From assembly GCA_963705425.1 (NCBI GenBank), contig CAVPJO010000015.1:94-64093 (forward strand): DNA of 64,000 bases, written 5' to 3'. Shown here in pieces: positions 12,066 through 24,441 of this stretch. Made by a program: the position numbers and the translations under genes. Source of the stretch: an uncultured Chloroflexia bacterium (GTDB taxonomy: Bacteria > Chloroflexota > Limnocylindria > Limnocylindrales > CSP1-4). The notes under the pieces are model-generated. The model was not told the DNA's origin and ran no database searches. It saw only the letters and a list, made by a program, of their open reading frames with translations. How positions within the stretch are numbered: position 1 is the stretch's first letter; the number at the start of each line of letters is the position of its first letter.

Positions 12066-13470
12066 CTACGCGTCCGGCGCCACCAGCCGTGACGGTGACA
12101 GGCTGGGCACCCCGCCGTCGACGATCGGACGCGCTTCGATACCCGCGGCATCGAGCAGGCTGGCGGCGATGGCGGCTCGCACGCCGGTCCGGCAGGCCAC
12201 CAGCCACTGGGTCGAAGGGTCGAGCTCGGGGATGACCGCCGGCAGATCGGCCAGGAAGACCCGTCGGCTGCCGGGGATGACGCCATCCGCCCACTCGGTC
12301 GCCTGCCGCACATCGAGAACGCGCACGGAGCCCGAGCCCTCGTCGACAGCTGGACCGTCAAGCTCCTGCCAGGTCGCGATGCCGTTGCTGCTGGTCCCCC
12401 CGCCGGCCGCGAGCCAACCGTCCAGGCCTCCGTGCAGATGCCCGATGACGTGGTCGAAGCCGATGCGCAAGAGCTCCTCGCGCGCCTCGACCTCCTGGGC
12501 GGGCGCATCGACCATCAGGCAGATGGGCGCATCGAACGGCAGCAGCCAGCCCAGGTAGGCGGACAGCGAGTCTCCCAGCTCGAAGTTCAGCGAGCCGCTG
12601 ACGTGACGCTCGGCGAAAGCCCAGCGGTCACGCACGTCGATGAGCCAGACTCCAGCCTCGCGCGCCTGCGCCACCACTGCCGCCGGCAGCGGCTGCGGCG
12701 CGGGTGGTGCCTCGATCGATCCGCGGCCCGCGCCGATTGAGTGGCGCCATCCGCCGGTAGTAGGTCGGGTATCGCGTGCGCCCGGCCTCGAGCTCGCGTT
12801 CGAACGTCGCGAGGTCGGTGCTGGCGAACGCCGGGTTCCACTTGCGCAGCGCGCCGATGCTGGCCGACGCGGGGCCGTCCGGGTCGCCCGCGACACAGAA
12901 CGATCCGGCGCCGTGCGTGGGGTAGACGAGCACCTCGGACGGCAGCCGGTCGAGCTCACGCATGGTCTGGAATTGGGCAGCCGTCAGCTCCCTGGTGCGA
13001 GACCGACCCAGCAGGTCGGTCCGACCCACGCCTCCGATGAGCAGCGACCCTCCACTGAACAGCGCGAGTGGCCTCCCGGTCCCGTCCTGCAGCTCCCAGC
13101 TGAGGTGCTCGGGGGTATGGCCGGGGGTCGCTCGCGCTACCAGTCCGCCACCGGCGATGTCGAGGCTGAAGCCGTCGTTGGCACCGACGTGAGCGAAGGC
13201 GTAGCGGCCGGCCGCCGGCGCGACGATGGTGCTCCCCTCGGCCCGTCGCAACTGGAGTGCGCCGGAGAGGTAGTCGTTGTGGACGTGCGTCTCGAGCGCA
13301 TGCGTGATGCGCCAACCGCGTTCCCGAGCCTCATCAGCGATTCGCCAGCCGTCCCGCGGAGGGTCGATGACGATGGCCTGCTCACCGTGGGCGACCAGGT
13401 AGCAGCGGTTCCCGAGGCCGGGCGTGGCCACGGGCACGATCTCCACGTCGGTCTGCGCTGTGACGTCCAC
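12066..13470 (-). CDS. MBL-fold hydrolase fused to tandem rhodanese domains (persulfide dioxygenase/sulfurtransferase-like); one frame interruption near 12720
   Basis: N-terminal ORF 12628-13470 has the HxHxDH-type motif ETHVHNDYLSG and ATPGHTPEH. C-terminal ORF 12066-12959 has two rhodanese-like halves and the active-site loop CRTGVRA. Confidence 0.8.
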
Positions 13471-13954
13471 GAGATGAGCCTACCCCGGTCACGAAGGCTG
13501 CCGCTGGCGTGAGCCGTGCTGGGGCGCACGCGACCTTTGCCGTTCAACGGGCAACCTCGACCAATGAGCCTCCCGGATAGCCGACCGTGCCCGCTCAGCG
13601 GGAAGGACTGTCACGAGCTCCCATCCATCGGTAAAGGAGTCGCACCCCGGAGGCTAGGAAGGTCGCACTCTCCCGCCGAGCGGGAGTGAGAGGGCGCGGC
13701 CGGGGAAGGGAGGGCGCGGCCGGGGATGCGAAGTCGCGTGCGAGAATGCGAGGGCGTGAGCAGGAGGGCGGGGCGCGAACCTCATCTGACGGACGCCCCA
13801 TTCGCACGCGGTCACCTTCGGCCCGTGCCTTGGTGCCGTTCCGCCCTCGTGGCAGCCGCCACGCTTGCTATAGTGCGTAGACCAGAAAGCAAACGTAAGC
13901 ACTCGCAAGTCACGTCGAGTGCATCGAGGCGTGCCCCGAGGAGGATCCATCTAG

Positions 13955-15165
13955 ATGGCGGCTATCGGCCCCCGACTGGCCTTCAATACCCACTTGCACG
14001 TGCCGCCGAACTTCTCGGCCTTCACCACCGTCGAGGATGCCGTCGAAACGGCCGCGGCCGAGAACGTCAAGGTCATCGGCACCTCCAACTTCCACGACTT
14101 CGGCGTCTATGACCGTTTCGACGCCGCCGCCAGGGAGCACGGCCTCAAGGCCCTCTTCGGCCTCGAGTTCATCTCCGTGCTCGCCGACGAGCAGCGCGAC
14201 GGTGTCAAGATCAACGACCCGGCCAATCCTGGGCGTGCCTACATCTGCGGCAAGGGCATCCCCTCACCGACGAACCCCAGCCCCGACTCGCAAGCGCCTT
14301 CATGGACGCGGCCAAGGCCTCGAACGAAGCGCGCACGTCGGCCGATGGTCGATCTCATCGGCGAGCTCTTCGAGAAGGCCGGCCTCGAAGTCGACGTCAC
14401 CTACGGCTCGATCGTCGCGGCCGTCGCCGCCCAGCGCCGAGGTGCCCGACGAGTGGGTCGTGCTCCAGGAGCGCCACGTCGCCCTCGGCTTCCAGGACGC
14501 GCTCTTCGAGGCGGTGCCCGTCGAGGACCGCGCCGCCTTGCTCGCGAAGGTCTACGGCCAGCCCCCCAAGGCTGCGCCGCGACGACGCCGTCGCGACCCA
14601 GGGCGAGCTACGCTCCCGGCTCATGAAGGCCGGCTGCTCCGGCTTCGTCGAGGAGACGCCGGTACCCTTCACCGACGCCATCGGCTTCATCCGTGGCCTT
14701 GGTGCCATCACCGTCTACCCCACGCTCGCCGACGGCGTGGTGCCCATCTGTGGCTACGAGGATCCCGTCGAGGACCTCATCGAGCGCATGGGCAGCCACG
14801 ACATCTACGGCGCCGAGCTCATCCCCGTGCGCAACACGCCGGAGATCGTCGAGAAGTACGTCAGGGCCTGGCGCGATGCAGGCATCTTCGTGATGGTCGG
14901 CACCGAGCACAACACGCAGGAGCGCATCCCGGTCGTGCCGACCTGCCTGCACGGCGTGCCGCTTTCCGAGGACGTCGCCGACATCACCTGGGAGGGCACC
15001 TGCGTGGTCGCCGCCCACCAGCACCAGAAGCAGCGCGGCGAGTCCGGCTACGTCGACGGTTCGGGCCGGCTCAACCCGAGCTTCCCCGATGCCGAGAGTC
15101 GTCTGCGCTACTTCGCCGAGATGGGTGCCGAGCTCATCTACGAAGCCACGGGGACCACCCGATGA
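13955..15165 (+). CDS. Metal-dependent hydrolase-like protein (PHP/amidohydrolase-type N-terminal HxH), function unknown; about 4 frame interruptions
   Basis: NTHLHVPPNFSAF, VIGTSNFHD, GLEFISVL at the N-terminus. The C-terminal 200 aa lie in ORF 14302-15165 (VYPTLADGVVPICGYEDP, MVGTEHNTQERIPV). The stop overlaps the next gene's ATG (ATGA at 15162-15165). Confidence 0.6.
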
Positions 15166-17239
15166 CCGACCACGTCACGCCCACCACCCTGCCGCTCGAC
15201 GATGAGCTCATCCGAGCTGCGGTCGACATGTCCCAGCGCTTCGGCCGCGATTCCGAGTACTCCCGCGGTGGTGGCGGCAACTCGTCGGTCAAGGCCGGTG
15301 GCGTGGTGTACATCAAGCCCAGCGGCGTACCCCTGGCGACCATCGAGGCGGACGATCTCGTACCGCTCGCGACCGGGCCCCTGTTGGAGCTCCTGCTCGA
15401 AGGTGGTGCCGAGGTCGACGAGGCGCGCATCCCCGGTGCGCCCGACCCCGTCATGCGCGCCGCCGCCAAGGTGCGCCTGGCCGAGGCCAAGGGCCGGCGT
15501 CCGTCGGTTGAGCTGATGTTCCACTCGTTGCTGCCCGAGCGCTTCGTGCTGCACACGCACCCCATCGTGCCCAACGCCGTGACCTGCAACCAGGACGGCG
15601 AGGCCATCATGGGCGACCTCTTCGGCGACGAGGCCCTGTGGGTCCCCTATACCGACCCCGGCCTGCCCCTGGCGCGCAAGATCCACGAGCTGCGCGAGGC
15701 ACACGTGGCGCGCACGGCCAGCCCGCGCCGAGGATCACCTTCATGGGCGACCACGGCATCATCGTCTCGGCCGACACCACCGACGAGGTCGCGGAGCTGT
15801 GCGAGCACGTCATGGGCACGGTCCGTGCCGCCATCCAGCGGAGCGGCATCGTCATCAGCAGCAGCGGTCGGGCCGCGGCCCGCATCGCCGCCGACGAGGC
15901 CCGCGCCACGGCGATGGTGAGGGTCATCGCGCCGACGTTGCGCTCGCTGCTCTCGGCCGAGGGTGGACCGCTCAAGATCGTCACTTATGACGCCGCACCG
16001 GGCGCGGCCGAGTACCTGGAGTCCGAAGATGGCAGCAACGCCGTCAAGGGCGGCCCCATGACGCCCGACCAGATCGTCTATTCAGGTTCCTTCCCGCTGT
16101 TTTTCGACCCGCCCTCCGAGGTGGCCCTCGAGGACATCCCGGCGCTGCTCAAGGCGGCCCTCGAGGCCAACATCGAGGCACACGGCTCGACCCCCATCGT
16201 CACGGTCGTCCCGGGCCTGGGCATCTTCGCCGCCGGCGATACCTGGAAGGAAGTCGACACCGCCCGTCATATCTACCTGGACTGCCTGCGTGTCTACGAG
16301 GCGGCCGACTCGATCGGCCGGGTGCGTGCCCTCTCTGACGACGAGCGCGGCTTCATCGAGCACTGGGAGGTGGAGGCCTATCGTCGCGGTGCTGCGGCCT
16401 TCGGGCGCTCTCCGGGTCGTTTTGCCGGCAGGGTCGCGCTGATCACCGGTGCGGCCCAGGGCTTCGGCCTTGGTATCGCCCAGGGACTTGCGGCGGAAGG
16501 CGGCCACGTCGTCCTTGCCGACCTGCAGGCTGATCAGGCCGCCATCGAAGCTGCCGCCATCGAAGCCGAGCACGGCCCCGGCCGTGCCTGGTCCGTGGCC
16601 ATGGACGTGACCGACGAGGGCTCCGTCAATGCTGCCATCACGGCCGCGGTCGAGCACTTCGGCGGTCTCGACCTCTTCGTCTCCAACGCCGGCGTCTTGC
16701 GCGCCGGGGGCGTAGCCGAGCAGCCCGTCGCCGACTTCGACTTCGTGACCCAGGTCAACTATCGCGGCTACTTCCTCGGCGTCCGCGCGGTGGCGCCCAT
16801 CCTGGCCGCGCAGCACGCTGCCCGGCCCGACTACCTCGCCGACATCGTCGAGGTCAACTCCAAGTCGGGCCTGGTCGGCTCCAAGCGCAACTTCGCCTAC
16901 GCCGGCTCCAAGTTCGGCGGGGTCGGCCTGACCCAGTCGTTCGCGCTGGAGCTGGTCGAGGACGGCATCAAGGTCAATGCCGTCTGTCCCGGCAACTACT
17001 ACGAGGGACCGCTCTGGTCCGACCCCGACAACGGCCTCTTCGTGCAGTACCTGCGCGAGGGTAAGATCCCCGGTGCCACCAGCATCGACGAGGTCCGGGC
17101 CGCCTACGAGGCCAAGGTCCCGATGGGCCGCGGCTGCACACCCGGGGACGTGGTCGAGGCCATCCTCTACCTTGTCCACCAGCAGTACGAGACCGGGCAG
17201 GCACTGCCGGTCACCGGAGGCCAGGTGATGCTCTCATGA
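15162..17239 (+). CDS. Bifunctional class II aldolase / short-chain dehydrogenase (RhaEW-like); one frame interruption near 15710
   Basis: Aldolase/adducin domain: GGGNSSVKAGGVVYIKPSGVPL, FHSLLPERFVLHTHP. SDR domain: ITGAAQGFGLGIA, YAGSKFGGVGL. Pieces lie in frames 14037 and 15638. Confidence 0.85.
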
Positions 17240-18907
17240 TCGACATCCCCGAGACGCAGTACGCGGTCCAGATCGTGGCCGCCGACGAGATCGCACTCAA
17301 CACCTCGAAGCCGGTGCCCCAGCTGGGCCCCACCCAGATCCTGTGCCGGATCGAAGCGACCGGCATCTGCTTCAGCGACACCAAGCTGCTGCATGCCTTC
17401 ACCGCGCACCCGCGCAAGGGCGAGGTCTTGACGTTCCTCTCGCCAGACGAGCTGGGGGGCATCCCCAGCTACGTACCCGGCGAGCAGCCCACCGTTCCCG
17501 GCCACGAGGCCTGCGCTCGCGTCGTGGCCGTCGGTGCCGAGGTCAAGCACCACGAGGTCGGTGACCGCGCCCTGGTCCAGACCGACTACCGCCACATGCT
17601 CACGGCCTCGTCCAATGCCTCGTTCGGCTACAACTTCGAAGGTGCCCTGCAGCAGTACGTGCTCATGGACGAGCGGGTCATCATCGATCCCGACACCGGA
17701 GAACGCTTCCTCATCCCCGTGAGCGAAGAACCCAGCGCCTCGGCGGTGGGCCTGCTCGAACCGTGGGCCTGCGTCGAGCGGGCCTACGCCACCAGGGAGC
17801 GGAACACGCTCAAGGCCGGTGGCGCGCTGCTGGTCGTGGCCGATGCCGGGCACACCATCCAGGGCCTGACCGAGCTCGATCGCGGCCTCTGCGCCCAGCT
17901 CGGTCACGGCACGGGCCGCCGACGATGTCCAGGCCGCCGCCATCGAGACCATCGGCGCCGGGTTCGTCGAGACCCTCGACGATCTCGAGGCGGGCAGCTA
18001 CGACGACATCATCTACTTCGGCGCCGACCCGGACCTCGTGGAGCGACTGCAGCCGCTCCTGGGCCTGGGTGGCACCATGGACGTCGTACTCGGCGGCGAA
18101 CGCCTGGGGCGACCGGTCGAGGTCGATGTCGGCCGTGTGCACTACGACCTCACCCGCTGGGTGGGCACGACCGGCAGCTCTGCGGCCGAAGGTTACGCCT
18201 GGGTCCCGGCCAGCGGAGAGCTGCGCGCTGGTGAGCGGGTGGGCATCATCGGCGCTGCCGGCCCCATGGGCTTCATGCACGTCATCCGCGCCCTGACCGC
18301 GGGACTCGGGGACGTCTCCGTCACGGCTATCGACATCGATGAAGCGCGGCTGGCGCATCTCACCAGCGTGGCCGCCCCGATGGCCGCCGCCAACGGTCTG
18401 GCGTTCGAGGCGCTCGACAGCAACGACTCGCAGTCGAGCGGTGGTTTCACGCGTATCGGCGTGATGGTGCCATCTCCGGCGATCACGGCAGGCGCCGTGG
18501 CGCTGGCCGGCGACGGCGCCATCATGGACATCTTCGCCGGCTTCGCCATCGGCACCACCGCCCCGCTGGACCTCGATGCCATGATCGCCAAGCATGTCTA
18601 CGTGCTGGGCACCAGCGGCTCCATGATCAGCGATATGAAGGCCGTGCTGGGCCGCCTTGAGGCCGGAGCACTCGACACCAACATCAGCGTCTACGCGGTC
18701 AGCGGCATGCAAGGCGTGGCCGACGCCCTCGAGTCCGTCAAGGCCCGCACCTCCGGCGGCAAGATCGTCATCTACCCGCAGCTGACCCAGCTGGGCATGG
18801 TCAAGCTGACCGATCTCGGGACGGAGATGCCCGAGGTCGCGGCTGACCTTGACGAGGGTCGCTGGACCAAGGCGGCAGAGCAGACGTTGCTGCGGGCATA
18901 CGGATGA
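17236..18907 (+). CDS. Double-length medium-chain (Zn-type) dehydrogenase-like protein; one frame interruption near 17900-17925
   Basis: PGHEACARVVAVG (GHE zinc-ADH motif) in ORF 17236. A second nucleotide-binding region IIGAAGPMGFMH lies in ORF 18038-18907. The start overlaps the previous stop. Confidence 0.75.
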
Positions 18908-19031
18908 CAGCACAGGTTTGCAGCGGTCCTTGGCGCGGTCAGGGCTGGTAAGGTAATCGGGAAGGTTCGACGGCCATGTACACGTTCGCGTGCGACGCCA
19001 TGTCGTTGATGGGGAGTACGGACACGACGGC

Positions 19032-20571
19032 ATGACAGCGCTGCTGGACCTGAGCAACATCAGCAAGTCGTTCCCGGGCGTGAAGGCGCTCGAGGACGTC
19101 CACTTCGCGATCGACGAGGGTCAGGTCCACGCGCTCGTGGGTGAGAACGGCGCCGGCAAGTCGACCTTGATCAAGGTCATCTCGGGCGTGTACCGACCCG
19201 ACAGCGGCACCACCCACATGGACGGCAAGCTGGTCAGGTTCGCCAGTCCGCACGCTGCACAGGCGGCCGGCATCGCCACGATGTACCAGGAACTGAGCCT
19301 CTATCCGGAGCTGACCGTGGCCGAGAACATCTTCATGGGCCATGCGCCGATGCGGAAGCTCGGTCCCAGCGAGATCGTCGACTGGGGCGCGATGAACCGC
19401 CGCTCGGAAGAGATCCTGCACGACCTGAACATCTACGACATGGATGTCCGACGCAAGGTCGGGTCGCTGAACGTGGGCAACCGCCAGCGCGTCGAGATCG
19501 CCAAGGCGCTCTCGCTCAACGCCAAGGTCCTGATCATGGACGAGCCGACCGCGGCGCTGACCGAGTCGGACGTCGAGAAGCTCTTCGACATCGTGCGTCT
19601 GCTCAAGGAGCGCGGCGTGGCCATCATCTACATCAGCCACCGCCTCATCGAGGTCTTCCAGCTGGCCGACAAGGTCACGGTGCTGCGCGACGGCAAGTTC
19701 GTCGACTCCAAACCGGTGTCGGAGACCAACGAAGACGACCTCATCCGCATGATGGTCGGCCGCACCATCACCGACCTCTTCCCCAAGCTGCCCAGCGAAG
19801 TCGGCGATCCGGTACTGGAAGTCAAGGAACTCAATCGGCACCCACAGACCGAGGACGTCAGCTTCACGGTGCGTAGCGGCGAGATCGTGGGCATGGCCGG
19901 CCTCGTCGGCTCGGGTCGCAGCGAGACCGCACAGGTCGTCTTCGGCATCCTCAAGCCCGATTCCGGCGAGATCCTCGTGGAGGGGCAGCCGGTCAGGATC
20001 AAGTCACCGAGCCAAGCCATGAAGCTGGGCATCGCCTACGTGCCAGAGGACCGCGGCACACAGGGCCTGGTCCGAGAGATGCGCATCCGCGAGAACCTCT
20101 CCATGGCCATCCTCGACTCGTTCACACGCTTCGGCTTCGTCATCAAGCGCAACGAGCGGAAGTCGGGCGAGGACACTGATCGAGCAGCTCAACATCATCG
20201 CCACCAGCGGCGAGCAGGTCGTCAACAAGCTCTCCGGCGGCAATCAGCAGAAGGTCGTGGTCGGCAAGTGGTTGGCCAGTAGGCCCAAGATGCTCATCGT
20301 CGACGAGCCCACCCGCGGCGTCGACGTCGGAGCCAAGGCGGAGATCCACCGTCTCCTGAGTGAGCTGGCACAACAGGGCCTGGGCATCCTCATGATCTCC
20401 AGCGAGCTGCCCGAGGTGCTGGGCATGAGCGACCGCATCCTGGTCATGCGCAACAGCCGCCTGGTCGGAGAGTTCAGCCGTGCAGAGGCCACCCAGGAGA
20501 ACGTCGGCGCGGCGATGATGAGCGACCAGGACCCTGGCGTCATGGCTGCCAGCAGCGGGTCGTCCGCATGA
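19032..20571 (+). CDS. Sugar ABC transporter ATP-binding protein (two ABC domains); one frame interruption near 20160
   Basis: Walker [25 protein letters not shown], second-domain signature LSGGNQQKV and Walker [13 protein letters not shown]. The break sits at TCGGGCG, where one G fewer would restore [10 protein letters not shown]. Confidence 0.88.
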
Positions 20572-21581
20572 GCGGTGCAACGGCGACCGCCAGCGGAGGT
20601 AGTCGCTTGCTGGCTAGCGCACGTCGCATCCTCGGCACGCAGGAAGGCATCCTGCTGCTGCTCCTGGTCGTGTTGTTCGTTGGCGTCGGCCTCTACAACG
20701 AGCGCTTCCTCTCACCGCAACAACGTCACCGACCTGTTCAGCGTCAACGCCTACATCGCGGTGGCGGCCATCGGCATGTCCATGGTCATCATCACCGGCA
20801 ACATCGACATCTCCGTGGGTGCGGCCATCGGCGTGCTGGTGACCTGTCGGGCAGCGTCGCGGTCACGCTGGCCGACGCCGGCCTGCCTTTGCCGCTCGTG
20901 AATGTCCTCGCCTGGACCGCGCCGATCCTGGGGGGCATGCTCATCGCCGCTATCAACGGCTTCTTCGTGGCCTACCTGGGAATCCCCGCCATCGTGGTCA
21001 CGCTGGGCATGTTCAGCATCCTCAAGGGTGGGCTCATCCTGGTGGCCGGTGGCGTGACCATCTTCAACCTGCCGGATGGCTACGGCTTCGCCCAGCAGGA
21101 CTGGCTGAGCATCCCCGTGCCGGTGTGGATCATGATCGCACTGACGCTGGTGGCGTTCGCCTGGATGCGTTGGAGCCGCACCGGCCGTTCGCAGTACGCG
21201 GTCGGCGGCAACGCAGAGGCAGCACGGCTGTCTGGACTTGATACCCGGCGCACGCTGATGGTCACGTTCATCGTCGCGGGTGCCTTCTATGGCGTGGCCA
21301 GCGCTATGTTCGCGACGCAGTTCACGTCTATCCAGGCCGTGGCCACGCCGGGGCTGGAGCTCCAGGTCATCACTGCGTCGGTGGTCGGTGGCGTGTCCAT
21401 CCTCGGCGGTGTCGGGACCGTCATCGGCTCGACCCTGGCCGCTATCCTCATCCGCTTCATCAGCTCGGCGCTGGTCTTCGTCGATATCTCGCCGTTCTGG
21501 GTGCGCGCCATCCTCGGCGTACTCATCCTCGTCACGGTGCTCGCCGACGTCGTGCGCCGCCGGCGCCAGGAACGGATGTAG
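20568..21581 (+). CDS. Sugar ABC transporter permease; two compensating frame interruptions (about 20715 and 20845)
   Basis: Hydrophobic 337-aa ORF. Residues about 50-95 read as Arg/His junk in-frame, while the +1 frame (ORF 20575) gives [40 protein letters not shown], a typical permease segment. ATGA overlap with the ATPase. Confidence 0.85.
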   Translation: MSGATATASGGSRLLASARRILGTQEGILLLLLVVLFVGVGLYNERFLSPQQRHRPVQRQRLHRGGGHRHVHGHHHRQHRHLRGCGHRRAGDLSGSVAVTLADAGLPLPLVNVLAWTAPILGGMLIAAINGFFVAYLGIPAIVVTLGMFSILKGGLILVAGGVTIFNLPDGYGFAQQDWLSIPVPVWIMIALTLVAFAWMRWSRTGRSQYAVGGNAEAARLSGLDTRRTLMVTFIVAGAFYGVASAMFATQFTSIQAVATPGLELQVITASVVGGVSILGGVGTVIGSTLAAILIRFISSALVFVDISPFWVRAILGVLILVTVLADVVRRRRQERM

Positions 21582-21596
21582 GGGGGTTCGCTAAGG

Positions 21597-22619
21597 ATGA
21601 CGACTGCACCCTCCGTGGCCAACCGCTTCGAGTCGCGCCTTCAGAGGATCCTGCTGCGGCAGGAGACGATCCTCTTCTTCATCCTCATCGCCGGCGTCAT
21701 CCTGATGTCGTTCCAGTCCGACGTGTTCCTCACGCCGGAGAACCTGCTTAACCAGGGCCGCCTTGCCACAGAGATCGCGCTCATCGCGCTACCGATGACG
21801 CTGATCATCATCACCGGCGGAATCGACCTCTCGGTCGGTTCGATCGTGGGCCTGGGAGCCATCATGCTCGGCGTGGCCTGGCACAACTGGGGCCTGCCCC
21901 TGGAAGTCGCCATCCTGGTGGCCATCGGCGTGGGCACGTTGTGCGGCCTCTTCAACGGCATCTTCATCACCCGCGTGGGCTTGCCGCCACTCATCACGAC
22001 GCTGGCCACGCTGGCTCTGTTCCGAGGGCTGGCGGAAGGCATCGCCCAGGCGCGCTCCGTGCGTGGCTATCCCGACTGGTTCTACACCATGGGTCAGGAG
22101 GACCTGGCAGTCGGTGCGTTGGCCATCCCCAACCAGCTCTTCCTGGTGGTCATCTCCATCATCGGCATCGGCGCCGCGCTAGCCTGGACGCCATTCGGCC
22201 GATCGCTCTACGCCATCGGCAACAACGAGACCGGTGCGCGCTTCAGCGGCATGCCCGTGCTGCGCAACAAGCTCATCATCTACACGCTTTCGGGCTTCAT
22301 GTCCGGCCTGGCCGCGTGGGTGTTCGTGTCGCGCGTGTCGACGACCCGTTCGGACATGGGCACCGGCTTCGAACTCACCGCTATCACGGCAGTCGTCGTC
22401 GGCGGCACCAGCATCTTCGGCGGCAGCGGCACCATCATCGGGACGGTGCTCGGCCTGGCGCTCATCCAGCTCATGAAGAACGGGCTGGCGCTGTCCGGCG
22501 CCAAGGGCGACTCCACGACCATCGTGGTCGGTCTCGTCCTCATCGGCGCCGTTCTGCTCAACACGTTCATCGCCAACCCGCCGGCGCGAATCAGGAGACT
22601 ACTACCCGGCCAAGACTAG
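21597..22619 (+). CDS. Sugar ABC transporter permease
   Basis: Uninterrupted 340 aa, multi-pass hydrophobic, with IITGGIDLSVGSIVGL typical of CUT2-family permeases. Confidence 0.88.
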   Translation: MTTAPSVANRFESRLQRILLRQETILFFILIAGVILMSFQSDVFLTPENLLNQGRLATEIALIALPMTLIIITGGIDLSVGSIVGLGAIMLGVAWHNWGLPLEVAILVAIGVGTLCGLFNGIFITRVGLPPLITTLATLALFRGLAEGIAQARSVRGYPDWFYTMGQEDLAVGALAIPNQLFLVVISIIGIGAALAWTPFGRSLYAIGNNETGARFSGMPVLRNKLIIYTLSGFMSGLAAWVFVSRVSTTRSDMGTGFELTAITAVVVGGTSIFGGSGTIIGTVLGLALIQLMKNGLALSGAKGDSTTIVVGLVLIGAVLLNTFIANPPARIRRLLPGQD

Positions 22620-22728
22620 GACTACGATGCTCACTCGAGAGGAGGTGACGCGGACTACAGAGGATCTGATCGGACTTCCGACTCAGAAACGACATACCGG
22701 CCATTCACTGGAGGAGATTGAAAGCAAC

Positions 22729-23853
22729 ATGCGCAAGACCTTCGTATCGCTAGCAACCATGGCCCTGCTCGTGGGTTCCGTGGGCGCAGCCAGCGCGCAG
22801 GATGCCCGTTGGGACGGTGGCGACGAGCTGCCGACCAATCCGCTCGCGTGCGGCACGGACGAGCCTGAGCCCATGATGGGCGAGATGCCCGCCTACGACG
22901 GCGGGCAAGCCGTCAACGCACCTGACCTCGCCGGCCAGGACATCACGCTCGTCGATATCCCCAAGCTCATCGGCATCCCCTACTTCAACGCCACTGCCCA
23001 GGGCATGCAGGAAGCAGCCGCAGAGCTTGGCAACGTGACCGTCATCAACGACGGCCCCACCGAGGGCAGCATCGACCAGCAGATCACGTTCATCGACAAC
23101 TACATCACCCAGGGCGTGGATGGCGTGCTCTTCGCTGCCAACGACCCGGTCGCAATCGCCCCGGTGCTCAAGAGCGCCCTTGAGGCCGGCATCCACGTCG
23201 TCGGCTACGACGCCAACGCCGAGCCTGATGCCCGCGAGTGGTTCGTCAACCAGGCCGAGTTCAACGGCATCGCCAAGGCCATGATCGATGGTCTGGTCGC
23301 GGAGCAAGGCGAAGACGCCTCGTTCGGCATCGTCACCTCGACCTTCACCACGCCGAACCAGGCGCGCTGGATCTCCGAGATGGACGCCTATGCGGCCAAG
23401 TGCTACCCCGAGCTCACCTGGCTCGAGACGCTTGAGGCGCAGGAGGATGCACCGCTGTCCTTCAGCCAGGCGCAGACGCTCCTCAACAAGTACGGTGGTG
23501 ACATCCAGGGCATCCTGGGCATGACGTCGATCGCCACCCCGGCCGCTGCTGACGCGGTCACCCAGGCAGACCTGTGCGGCAGCGTTGCCGTCGTCGGGCT
23601 GGCCACCCCGAACCCGATGAAGCCGTTCGTTGACAGCGGATGTGTGCAGTCGGTCGTGCTGTGGAACCCGATCGACCTCGGCTACGCAGCGACGTATGTA
23701 GCCCGCGCGATCGCGGATGGCGAGTTCGCCCCTGGCGATACCTCGGTGTCCGCCGGCCGTCTTGGTGACCTTGCGGTCGTCAACGGCAGCGAAGTCCTGC
23801 TTGGCCCAGCGTTCGTCTTCAACGCTGAGAACATCAACGACTTCGACTTCTAG
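22729..23853 (+). CDS. Sugar ABC transporter substrate-binding protein (rhamnose/autoinducer-2-type periplasmic binding fold)
   Basis: GGAGGAG at 22711 and ATG at 22729. Signal peptide MRKTFVSLATMALLVGSVGAASAQ. Type I periplasmic-binding-protein pattern (DIPKLIGIPYFNA, GVDGVLFAAND). Uninterrupted. Confidence 0.85.
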   Translation: MRKTFVSLATMALLVGSVGAASAQDARWDGGDELPTNPLACGTDEPEPMMGEMPAYDGGQAVNAPDLAGQDITLVDIPKLIGIPYFNATAQGMQEAAAELGNVTVINDGPTEGSIDQQITFIDNYITQGVDGVLFAANDPVAIAPVLKSALEAGIHVVGYDANAEPDAREWFVNQAEFNGIAKAMIDGLVAEQGEDASFGIVTSTFTTPNQARWISEMDAYAAKCYPELTWLETLEAQEDAPLSFSQAQTLLNKYGGDIQGILGMTSIATPAAADAVTQADLCGSVAVVGLATPNPMKPFVDSGCVQSVVLWNPIDLGYAATYVARAIADGEFAPGDTSVSAGRLGDLAVVNGSEVLLGPAFVFNAENINDFDF

Positions 23854-23861
23854 CCACCGAC

Positions 23862-23930
23862 GCGGGGTTCGCCCCGCAATGGCCTAGCGACCAACGACGG
23901 CGGGGTGCCATACAGGCGCCCCGCCGTTCT
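23862..23930 (+). terminator. Two GC-rich hairpins after the transporter operon
   Basis: GCGGGG-TTCG-CCCCGC at 23862-23877 and ACGGCGGGGTGCC-ATACAG-GCGCCCCGCCGT at 23897-23927 followed by TCT. There is no long U tract. Confidence 0.45.
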
Positions 23931-24441
23931 CGATGTCCCGCGGTTCCTCTCGCCTCGTCGTGCGCATGGGTGTGACGGAGAGCGTCCTGGAGTGTCGCGC
24001 AGAGTCTCCCGGCACACGGCTCGATTCCCGCCGCTCACCTACGTAGCTCCCACGCGGGGGTGCCGACTTTCCCGAGGGTGCCGACTTCCCACGTAGGGCG
24101 AACAGAATGGAGTCGATCGGCGGGTTTGCGCCCCGCAGGCAGGGTGATCGACTCCGGTCCCGAGCGATGGCAGCTCAACTTCACGCTCCATGGGGCAGAC
24201 CTGGCGTCGCGGAACGCCGATCGGCCTGCTCGATGCGGTCTGAACGTGCCGCCAAGCCCCTTGTTGTTCGCTCTATGTGGGATTCCTGCCTGCTGATGCC
24301 TGCCACCGGCGCAAGCGTCCGCTCCGCGTCTTTGAGCATCAGGCTCGAAGGCGCACTCCCCTCCTTCGGGGAGCACGCCATGGCCATGTCCCTGGAGTTG
24401 GTGCAGCAACGGCAGTGGCCGGCGCCGAGACGCCGCGATGG

